Origin: Deltaproteobacteria bacterium
GTDB lineage: Bacteria > Desulfobacterota > Binatia > Binatales > Binataceae
NCBI GenBank assembly: GCA_021780225.1
Contig: JAJXZF010000061.1
Location: forward strand, 18,324 to 82,323
DNA length: 64,000 bases
Direction: 5' to 3'
In this document: positions 36,060 through 44,118 of the stretch, piece after piece
Position numbering within the stretch: the first letter of the stretch is position 1
How the letters are laid out: each line of letters begins with the position of its first letter
Position numbers and translations under genes: made by a program
The notes under the pieces: generated by a model
Databases searched by the model: none
Told to the model about the DNA's origin: nothing
The model's input: only the letters and a program-made list of their open reading frames with translations

Positions 36060-36614
36060 TCAGCCCGCGGCCACGATCATTTTTGCCGGCATCACGACCC
36101 GCGTCGCGGCGCCGACGGCCGTCATCAGAAGGCCAACGCGTTCGGCGCCTGAAAGATAGCGGTCGAAAACGCCCTCAAAACCTTGCAACGGTCCTTCGAT
36201 CACTCGCACGCGCTCGCCGGCGCAAAGTTTGCGCCGCGGCAATTCGATCGGCCCGCCGGCGCAGCGGCGCTTGAGTTCCTCGATAATCGATTCCGGCGCC
36301 AGCGCGGGTTCGGCGCCGAAGCGGACAAAATCGCGCACGCCGCGGGCATAGCGCACGAGCGCCGAATTGTGGTCGAGGCTCAGGCGAACGAACAGGTAAC
36401 AGGGAAAGAGCGGCGCGGTTGAATCTACCATCCGGCCCCATCGCCGCACCCGCACTTTCAGCATCGGCAGCATCGCGTCCACGCCGGCCAGCGCAAGCCG
36501 ATCGCGCACGGCGCGCTCCTCGCCGGCTTTGGTCCACAGCAGGCGCCATGCGAAATCGTTGGGCGCGCGTCGTTCCCGAGCGGATCCGTCAAGATTGAAA
36601 GCGGCGATATCCAT
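36060..36614 (-). CDS. RfaH/UpxY-like NusG-family transcription antiterminator
   Basis: NGN-like WRLLWTKAGEERAVRDRLALAGVDAMLPM...LFPCYLFV and KOW-like GERVRVIEGPLQGFEGVF. The start is uncertain: 36614, 36644 or 36737. Confidence 0.75.
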   Translation of the reverse strand: MDIAAFNLDGSARERRAPNDFAWRLLWTKAGEERAVRDRLALAGVDAMLPMLKVRVRRWGRMVDSTAPLFPCYLFVRLSLDHNSALVRYARGVRDFVRFGAEPALAPESIIEELKRRCAGGPIELPRRKLCAGERVRVIEGPLQGFEGVFDRYLSGAERVGLLMTAVGAATRVVMPAKMIVAAG

Positions 36615-36731
36615 GCGCGTTTGACCGTAATATCCAAACGGCATGCCATCCGTTTTTTGCGCATCGAGCGGTCGCTTGCGGGCGCGCCGACGCGCGACGG
36701 CCGCGGCGCAGACAAGCAAGATGAGCGAAAT

Positions 36732-36755
36732 AGCCAAGTTCCGCGGAACTTGGCT
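36732..36755. promoter_or_regulatory. Perfect 24-bp palindrome AGCCAAGTTCCGCGGAACTTGGCT (operator or terminator hairpin)
   Basis: Verified by hand as its own reverse complement. It lies between the dioxygenase stop (36893) and the likely start of the RfaH-like gene. Confidence 0.5.
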
Positions 36756-36892
36756 GGCGGCGGCGTCCGCCCGGCTGGATATCCGGACGGACGATTCAGG
36801 TATCGAGGATTGGCGCTGTCAGAATTGCAGCGGCATTTTTTTGGCGATCGCGATCAAACCGGTCATCGCCGCCGCCTCAATCCGCGCCGCGC

Positions 36893-37786
36893 CTATTTGT
36901 CTTCCGGCATACCGAACCCGCCGGCATCCATCTGATGGCCGTAAACGTCTTCGGTATAATATTCCGACTGATGGGTGGCGGCGCGCGCGCCCCATCCGTA
37001 TTCGAAAATCCATCCCGACGGATTGCGGAAATAGAACGAATACATGTGGTCGTTGGAATGTTTGCCGGGCGCGATCGCGACCGGAATGCCGCTTGCCTTG
37101 ACCAAATCGTAGGTCATTCCGACATCGTCGAGGTTGTCGACCTCAAGCATGACGTGATTGATGCGGCGGTCCTGGCCGCCGACGCCGAACGCGAGCGTAT
37201 GGTCCCGGTCGTTGCAATGCATGAAGATCGGTTCGAGCGTCCGCTTGCCCATCCGGATTTTGTATTCGACGCCGCCGCGCATCCCCAAATGGGTATAAAA
37301 GCGGCACGCCGCGATCGGATCGGACTGACGGATGATGCAGTGTCCCAGGCCGCCAGTCCCGGTGCGGAAGCGGCCGTGCATCCGGCGTCCCGGATGAAAC
37401 GGTTTGCTGAATTGGACATACGGACCGTGGAAAATCTCGATCGGATTGCCGCCCGGATCTTCGAGCTTCAGGATTTCAAGCACGCGCCGCTCGGCGGCCT
37501 CTTCCGAAGCGCCCTCGCGGTATTTGATTCCGGCCGCGGCGAGTTGTTCCTTCATCGCGTGAAATTCCTGCGGGCCGGGGACGCGCAGGCCGAGGTACAT
37601 CAGGTCGTCGCCGCCGTCTTCATGCAGGACGATGCGATGATGCCAATAATCCATGCGCAAGTAGCAGCGGTCGGACTCGCCGTCGTCGGCGACTTCCATC
37701 CCTAGAATGCGAGCCGCGTAGTCCTTCCATTCGTCGAGACGCTTCACGCCGAATCCGGCGTATCCAAGTTCGGTTACTTGCACCAT
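36893..37786 (-). CDS. Type I extradiol ring-cleavage dioxygenase (BphC/HsaC-like, VOC superfamily)
   Basis: MVQVTELGYAGFGV start with GGAGGG RBS. HHRIVLH, LGHCIIR, NHVMLEV and HSNDHMYSFYFRNPSGWIFEYG motifs. Confidence 0.85.
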   Translation of the reverse strand: MVQVTELGYAGFGVKRLDEWKDYAARILGMEVADDGESDRCYLRMDYWHHRIVLHEDGGDDLMYLGLRVPGPQEFHAMKEQLAAAGIKYREGASEEAAERRVLEILKLEDPGGNPIEIFHGPYVQFSKPFHPGRRMHGRFRTGTGGLGHCIIRQSDPIAACRFYTHLGMRGGVEYKIRMGKRTLEPIFMHCNDRDHTLAFGVGGQDRRINHVMLEVDNLDDVGMTYDLVKASGIPVAIAPGKHSNDHMYSFYFRNPSGWIFEYGWGARAATHQSEYYTEDVYGHQMDAGGFGMPEDK

Positions 37787-38184
37787 TTTCGCGCCCTCCG
37801 CGCCGCTCAAAATGTCGCTTCGTTACCCGCATCCGGCCTGCGATGCCGGCGGATCCGGGAAGCCTCGCAAGACCATATCTGATTATAGGACTGGTGCGTT
37901 AGCTCTGACGCGCCTTCTTCGTCCAGTTTCGGCAGCCGGCTTCGGATCCGGCGGAAGCTCATCGATATAATCCCGCCAACGGCGGCATCCATGGCGGCGC
38001 TGCGGATTATAGACGGTTTCGCCGATAGCGGAGACCGCCGTTCCACGCTCGACTATCGTGCGCCGATCAACTACGAAAGAAGCAATTCGGCATGGAAAGA
38101 TTTCCGCGGCCGAACGACGTCGGTCGCAACGGGCCAAGTCCATAACGAGATTCACAAAGTTCGTGCGGATACGGGGAGCCGGTC

Positions 38185-39234
38185 ATGAAAGCATTCGTGA
38201 TGAAACAACTCCATCAGGTTGGCTTCGTCGAGAAACCCGTTCCAAAAGCCGGGCCGAACGATGCGATCGTAAAGACCACGCGCGCACTGATATGCACTTC
38301 CGATTCGCACACGGTGCACGGCGCGATCGGTCCGCGAAGCGATCTGACTCTCGGCCATGAAGCGGTCGGAATCGTGCACGAGGTGGGAAGCGCGGTCCAG
38401 CGGTTTAAACCCGGCGATCGCGTACTGGTGGGGGCCATCACTCCGGACTGGAACGATCCCGCCTCGCAGGCCGGTCACGCGTCGCAATCGGGAGGCGCTC
38501 TCGGCGGCTGGAAATTCGCGAATATCAAGGACGGCGTGTTCGCCGAGTACTTTCACGTTAATGACGCCGATGGGAACATGGCTTCGATCCCTGACGGCAT
38601 CTCCGACGAGTCCGCCGTTTACTGCGCGGACATGCTCTCGACGGGTTTCATGGGCGCCGAAAACGCCGACATCCCGATGGGCGGCGCGGTCGCGGTGTTC
38701 GCCCTCGGTCCCGTCGGCCTGATGGCGATAGCGGGGGCGAGGCTGCGCGGCGCCGGCCTCATCATCGGCGTGGATTCGATCCCCAAGCGGCAGGAACTTG
38801 GCCGGCTATATGGAGCGAACGCGATCGTCGATAATTCCCGCTCCGATTCCGTCAAGGAAATTTTACGGCTAACCGGAGAGCAAGGCGTCGATGCCGCGAT
38901 CGAGGCGCTCGGCGCCGACGAAACTTTTCAATGCGCAATCAAAGTAACCAAACCGGGCGGAACAATCTCGAACGTCGGTTACCACGGGAAGGGCGACTTC
39001 GTGCAAATACCCCGGCTTGAGTGGGGTGTGGGCATGGCCGAAAAAACCATCCGCACCGGCCTCTGTCCGGGAGGCCGGCTCCGCATGGAACGACTACTCC
39101 GCTTGCTGCAAACCGGCGGCGTCGATCCGACAAGGATGACCACCCATACCTTCGGTTTCGATCAGCTCGAAGGAGCCTTCGATCTGATGGACAAGAAGCT
39201 CGACGGAATTATCAAGCCGCTGATTACGTTCTGA
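38185..39234 (+). CDS. Zinc-dependent NAD(P) alcohol dehydrogenase (MDR family)
   Basis: ICTSDSH...GHEAVGIVHEVG zinc motifs and a Rossmann AVFALGPVG. Confidence 0.88.
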   Translation: MKAFVMKQLHQVGFVEKPVPKAGPNDAIVKTTRALICTSDSHTVHGAIGPRSDLTLGHEAVGIVHEVGSAVQRFKPGDRVLVGAITPDWNDPASQAGHASQSGGALGGWKFANIKDGVFAEYFHVNDADGNMASIPDGISDESAVYCADMLSTGFMGAENADIPMGGAVAVFALGPVGLMAIAGARLRGAGLIIGVDSIPKRQELGRLYGANAIVDNSRSDSVKEILRLTGEQGVDAAIEALGADETFQCAIKVTKPGGTISNVGYHGKGDFVQIPRLEWGVGMAEKTIRTGLCPGGRLRMERLLRLLQTGGVDPTRMTTHTFGFDQLEGAFDLMDKKLDGIIKPLITF

Positions 39235-39239
39235 GCGCC

Positions 39240-39581
39240 GCGGTGGCTTCGCTGGTGCGCGCCATCATCGCGCCGGGACGGGCGGGAGTCGGACGCGCGA
39301 TCTATTTTTCTCCGGCCATGATCGAGGCGGCGCAAATTCCCACCGAGCGCGATTATCTCGACCAACTCGGCGCGAGCATGATTTCGCTAAAGTTGTGCGA
39401 CGACGCGATGCGGCTTATTCTCCGGGTGCTGGGCGGAAATGGGCTGCGTGAGGGGCCGTCCTTCGAGCGGCGATATCGCGATTTTCAGGCGATGCCGCTG
39501 CATATCAATGCGCATCCGGACCGCGTTAGCGAACAAATCGGGCGCAACGCACTGGGATTGCCGACTGACAATCCGTTTTGA
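39240..39581 (+). pseudogene. 3' remnant of an acyl-CoA-dehydrogenase-fold (HsaA/DszC-like flavin monooxygenase) gene
   Basis: Frame of track ORF 39021..39581. The C-terminal ...LRVLGGNGLREGPSFERRYRDFQAMPLHINAHPDRVSEQIGRNALGL resembles the last helices of that fold. No N-terminal 250+ aa exist because the ADH gene ends at 39234. Confidence 0.45.
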
Positions 39582-39638
39582 CCTTTGCGCCGGCGCGGAG
39601 AAATACAATCGACCGAACCAAAAGGAGCGGACGCAATC

Positions 39639-41050
39639 GTGCTGACCGGGGAACAGTATAAGAAATCGTTCAATGACGGCCGCGCGACCTTTTTCGAAGG
39701 ACATCGAGTCGAGGATCTCGTCGCGCATCCGGTGCTCGGCCAATCGGTCGATCAGGTGGCTGAAGGCTACGACCGATGGCGCCAGCCGGGCGAAGACGCG
39801 CGCAATCCGTTGATATCCGTACCGCGGTCGGCGGAGGAATTGCGCGCGCGCATTCCGATGCAGCACGGCGCCGACATCCTCGCGCTGGTCACGTATCAGT
39901 CCATAATGACGCTGACGACGGCCGCCGACCGGATCAGCGGAGCCTTGCCGGAGTTCGCCCGGCGGATTCGCGCATACGTGGAAAAAGCGCAAGCGAGCGA
40001 CATCCGCATCGTCGAGTGCATCACCGACGCGAAAGGCGACCGCAGTCTTCCCCCAGCGCAACAAGACGATCCCGACGCATATACGCATGTCGTCAGCCGC
40101 ACCGACAAGGGCGTCGTCATCCGCGGCGCGAAGCTGCACATCACGGCCGCGTCGCTGGCGCACGAATTAATGGTCATTCCGACCAAAGCGATGCACAAAG
40201 GCGAGGAAAGCTACGCGATCGCGTGCGTCGTACCCGTCAATGCGCCGGGCGTGAAAATCATCAACACGAGTTATGCTCCGCGCCAAGAGGACGTGCGATC
40301 TTTCCCGTTCTCGTCGCGCATTCACATGCCTGAAGGATCGTGATTTTCGACGACGTCTTCGTGCCGAACGAACGCGTGCTGCTCGACGGACAGACGGAAC
40401 ACGCCGCCGTGTTCGCGCATTCGCTCGGCCTGTGGGAACGCCTGGGCGGGCTTTCCGATATGGCGGAGCAGGCCGATCAACTGGTCGGTCTTGCGCAACT
40501 GATCGCGGAAGCGAACGGACTCGCTGGCGTGTCGCACGTGCGGGAGAAGATTTCCGAAATGATCATCCACGCCACCCTGGTGCGGGCCGCGCTCGAAGCC
40601 GCGCTGGGCAATTGCGAAATTAGCGCCGATGGAACCGCGTTTCCGAACGAGCTGTTCACGAACGCGGGCAAATATCACGCCGCCGCCAACTACAACATGA
40701 TGGTGCGGCATCTCCACGATATCGCGGGCGGATCGATTCTCACCGCGCCCGCGATCAGCGATTTGGAAAATGAATCCACCGGCCAGCTCGTGCGAAAGTA
40801 CACGAGCACCGGCAAAGGCGTCGATGGCGAGTACCGGCTGCGGTTGTTTCACGCGATCCGCGATCTTACCGCCGACGCATACGGCGGATGGCGCCAGGTG
40901 ACCAACGTGCAGGCGGGCGGCGGATTGTATGCGCAGCGGATCGTGACGCGCCGGCATTACGACCTTAACGGCGCGAAGCGGAAAGCGCTCGCAGCGGCCG
41001 GCATCGCCGACGGCCATCCGGACGCCAACGGCAACCGACGCAATGGATGA
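39639..41050 (+). pseudogene. HpaB/AbfD-family (4-hydroxyphenylacetate 3-monooxygenase oxygenase / 4-hydroxybutyryl-CoA dehydratase-like) gene split by a -1 frame change at about 40340
   Basis: GTG at 39639 follows AAAGGAG. The N-part contains ITDAKGDRSLPPAQQDDPD...VVIRGAKLHITAAS. The C-part (40340..41050) starts VIFDDVFVPNERVLL, which normally continues the same polypeptide. The two frames overlap at tcg-tga/gtg. Confidence 0.75.
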
Positions 41051-41171
41051 CCCGGACGTCCCGCCGGAAGCGGCGTATCGGAAGCTAGTGTGGCGTCCCG
41101 CAAATAATTTCCATCTGACGCCTTATCAGCTGGGCGCGCAGATCGCCCACCGCGGGGCGACCAAGGATGGA

Positions 41172-41234
41172 TTGCCGGGCCTGGTCCCGGCAATGACGCA
41201 CAGAGCTGGTCATGCCCGGACTTGATCCGGGCAT
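41172..41234. repeat. Two adjacent GC-rich perfect hairpins (REP-like / bidirectional terminator candidates)
   Basis: Hairpin 1 is TTGCCGGG-cctggt-CCCGGCAA (41172-41193). Hairpin 2 is ATGCCCGGA-cttga-TCCGGGCAT (41212-41234). They sit between convergent genes. Confidence 0.5.
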
Positions 41235-41288
41235 CCACGCCGAGCGCAAGATCGACGCGGAGTGCAAACTTATTCAGGAGACGCCGCA

Positions 41289-42806
41289 CTAGACTACCCG
41301 GGTCGCCGGCGGGACGCCCTCCTCCGCCTCGACGTTGCCCAACTGCGCGAGCGCGGCCGCGTCGCGCAGGCGCTCGAGGTTGCGCTGATGCGCGGCGCGA
41401 TCGATTTTGTAAAATGTCAGAACGATCAGCGCGATCGCGTTGCAGCCAACCAAAACCGGCACGAAAATCAGCACCAGATGGCGCAGGATTGGCTGATCGA
41501 CCTGTCCCTGAATCGCGCCTTGCGGAAAATGCACCCAGCCCAGCATCAGTCCGGATAGAAACGTGCCGAAGCCGGTGACGCACTTTTGCAGCAAGCCGTT
41601 GGCGGCGAAGACCAGCCCCTCCGAACGCCGGCCCGACTGAACCGCGATGTCCTCGACCACGTCGGCCATCATCGACGCGACGATAATGAACCCCATGATC
41701 CCGAGAGTGTCGCGCACGACGCCGTCGGCGAACAGCGCCGCCAAAAGCGCATTCGTATGATTCGCCGGCATCAATCCAATCAGGCGCAACGGAATGGGAA
41801 TCGATCCGGCGATCGCCGAAATCGTGAACAACGTGAGCATCGCCTTTTTCTTGCCCAGCCATTTTGACGCGGGCGTGGCCAGCGCCACGCCGAGGATCGC
41901 GGAAACGAATCCGAAGCTCACAAGATAGGAAATCTGTTTCGGCGTTAACTCCCAGAAATAAGTCGTGATGTAGAGTCCGAGACCATTGTTGAGTCCCACC
42001 CCGATGCTCGCGACGATTCCGGCGGTCATCAAGGCGAAAAACGACCGGTTCGAGAGCGTCGTCCGAATTTCCTGAAATTTGGCGCGCAGATCGTCGGCGT
42101 CATTCCGCTCCCCCGGGACAATCCCGCGGCCGTGCGTGCCGGCGCAGGTCAGGAGGATCGTCGCGAACATCACGACCGCCGAGACCAGGCCAAACCGCTC
42201 GTAGCCATGGCGGTTCAGCACGCCAAGCGGATGCGCCGCGTCTTTCCGCAGAAAAACCTGAAACGCAACCACGGACATCGCCGTTCCGCCGAGCACGCCG
42301 AAGAAAAATCGGTACGCCAGCAAAGAGGTGCGCTCGTCATAATCGGGCGTGAGTTCCGGCGCGAGCGCGGAGCTCGGAATTTCATAAAGGCTCACCAATA
42401 ATCGCACCGACACCAGGGCCGCGAGCAGATAGGCCATCAGCGCCGGGTTCGACCATCCGTGCGGCGGACGCCAAAGAAAATAGAACGCGATCGCCAGCGG
42501 CGCCGCCGACGCATACATGAACGGATGGCGCCGGCCCCACGGCGAGCGCAAATGGTCCGACCAATGGCCCAGCAGCGGATCGAAGATCGCGTCGAAAATC
42601 AGCGCGATCATGATCGCGGCGCCCACCCATGACGCGGGCAAGCCGATCACCTGGTTGAAGTACAGCAACACCAGCGAGCCCAGCGCGACCGACTCGACGC
42701 CGAAAGCGACCGAGCCCAGTCCGTAGAAGAGCTTGATTCGCGGTCCGAGGCGCCGCGGCGATTCCTCCGCAACATGCTCAGGTAGCGATTCAGCGGCAGT
42801 TTTCAT
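41289..42806 (-). CDS. MFS transporter, glycoside-pentoside-hexuronide (GPH) cation symporter-like
   Basis: LFYGLGSVAFG...FDAIFDPLLGHWSD...GRRHPFM motifs typical of MelB/GPH-type carriers. Confidence 0.8.
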   Translation of the reverse strand: MKTAAESLPEHVAEESPRRLGPRIKLFYGLGSVAFGVESVALGSLVLLYFNQVIGLPASWVGAAIMIALIFDAIFDPLLGHWSDHLRSPWGRRHPFMYASAAPLAIAFYFLWRPPHGWSNPALMAYLLAALVSVRLLVSLYEIPSSALAPELTPDYDERTSLLAYRFFFGVLGGTAMSVVAFQVFLRKDAAHPLGVLNRHGYERFGLVSAVVMFATILLTCAGTHGRGIVPGERNDADDLRAKFQEIRTTLSNRSFFALMTAGIVASIGVGLNNGLGLYITTYFWELTPKQISYLVSFGFVSAILGVALATPASKWLGKKKAMLTLFTISAIAGSIPIPLRLIGLMPANHTNALLAALFADGVVRDTLGIMGFIIVASMMADVVEDIAVQSGRRSEGLVFAANGLLQKCVTGFGTFLSGLMLGWVHFPQGAIQGQVDQPILRHLVLIFVPVLVGCNAIALIVLTFYKIDRAAHQRNLERLRDAAALAQLGNVEAEEGVPPATRVV

Positions 42807-43005
42807 CAGGTTGAGTGGACCGGCGACTTTCTGAAAATTTCGCCACAAACGCCAGGTGCGAGGCTTTTCTCTCCCGCCGGCCTGGCGATGTCAACGACGA
42901 ATCGGTTCCCGAATCGCGCGCGCGGGCTCAAAACTTGAGGGATTGTTCCGACCGCGATTTTGCCGATAATCGTGAAGAATCCGTCTCCAAACGAGGTGAT
43001 TCAAT

Positions 43006-44034
43006 TTGCGTATCGCCTATATGCCCGACACTCATTTCGGCCCCTACGACGGTGGACTGCCGCCGCGCCGCGAGGTCGCCGACGCCGCGGCTCATCTGCT
43101 GGCGGAGGCCGAAACCGCGGAACGCGTCGGATTCGACGCCATCTGGCTGCCCGAGCGTCATGCCCGGACTGAAACCTATTTTCCGTCGCCCGTGGTGCTA
43201 GCGACGGCGATTGCGGCGCGGACCACCCGCGTGCGGATCGCGACGACCGTAATCCAGCCGACCTACTACCATCCCGTGCATCTCGCCGAACAACTCGCAT
43301 TGATCGATCAGCTTTCGCGCGGCCGGCTTATCTTCGGCGCCGGGGTCGGTTATCACGAAGACTATTTCCGGCTCTTCGGCGTGCCGATGAAGCAGGCCGG
43401 AAAGCGCTTCGAGGAAGCGCTCAAGGTTATCGAGGGCGTTTGGACTCAGGATCGTTTTTCGTTCAAGGGCCGCTTTTTTGAATTCGATCAGGCGCGCCTT
43501 ACGCCCAAGCCCTACCAGCAGCCGCGTCCGCCCATCTGGATTGGAGCCTTTTACGACAAGGGAATCGAACGGGCGCTGGATTGGGACGGATGGGTCTGGT
43601 GGTTCCCTACGGACCTCGAAAGCGCGTCGCGGAAGATCGAATTCTGGCGCGAAAAAGCTTACAAGAAGGGGCGCAAGCACTGGACGATCGGCCTCGCCTA
43701 CGAAGGATGGATCGGGGACGACGAAGCTGAAGTGCGCCGCCGCCACGGCTCGCGCTGGGTCGAGGAGGCCAAGTTCTACGAATCGCACGGGATGACGCCG
43801 GATATCGAGGAACTGCCGACCGAGCGGCTCGAACGCTCCTTCCTCATTCTTGGATCGGCCCAAAAATGGACCGATCGGCTCGGCGCCGTTCAGGAACGTC
43901 TCAAGCCGGATTACATATGCCTGCGCACGCGCAATCCGCGGCCGTCGTCCGGGCGCTATCCGGATAACGCCGAGTTCCTGGAGTGCATCCAGCGCCTTGG
44001 CGAAGAAGTCGTCAGGCATTTCCAACAGGGTTGA
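43006..44034 (+). CDS. LLM-class (luciferase-like) flavin-dependent oxidoreductase
   Basis: TTG start 7 nt after GAGGTG. GFDAIWLPERH...RLIFGAGVGY motifs. Confidence 0.85.
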   Translation: MRIAYMPDTHFGPYDGGLPPRREVADAAAHLLAEAETAERVGFDAIWLPERHARTETYFPSPVVLATAIAARTTRVRIATTVIQPTYYHPVHLAEQLALIDQLSRGRLIFGAGVGYHEDYFRLFGVPMKQAGKRFEEALKVIEGVWTQDRFSFKGRFFEFDQARLTPKPYQQPRPPIWIGAFYDKGIERALDWDGWVWWFPTDLESASRKIEFWREKAYKKGRKHWTIGLAYEGWIGDDEAEVRRRHGSRWVEEAKFYESHGMTPDIEELPTERLERSFLILGSAQKWTDRLGAVQERLKPDYICLRTRNPRPSSGRYPDNAEFLECIQRLGEEVVRHFQQG

Positions 44035-44052
44035 TACGCCGCGCCAATAAAA

Positions 44053-44090
44053 AACGGTCCGCGGGCTTTTCCAAAAGCCCGCGGACCGTT
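44053..44090 (-). terminator. Strong intrinsic terminator hairpin (18 bp stem) between convergent LLM and BVMO genes
   Basis: AACGGTCCGCGGGCTTTT-cc-AAAAGCCCGCGGACCGTT. On the minus strand it is followed by UUUUAUU. It may act bidirectionally. Confidence 0.7.
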
Positions 44091-44118
44091 CGCCGGTCAG
44101 CGATTCCTGGCGGAGCCG

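Noticed and set aside
40320-40345. Possibility that the HpaB-like split is a programmed -1 ribosomal frameshift
   Set aside because: There is no X-XXY-YYZ slippery heptamer and no obvious downstream structure at CCUGAAGGAUCGUGA. A mutation or sequencing error is more parsimonious.
40957-41862. 301-aa minus-strand ORF bridging the HpaB-like 3' end, the hairpin region and the MFS gene
   Set aside because: It is out of frame with the MFS transporter, runs across an intergenic hairpin region, and has a Arg/Gly-rich composition.
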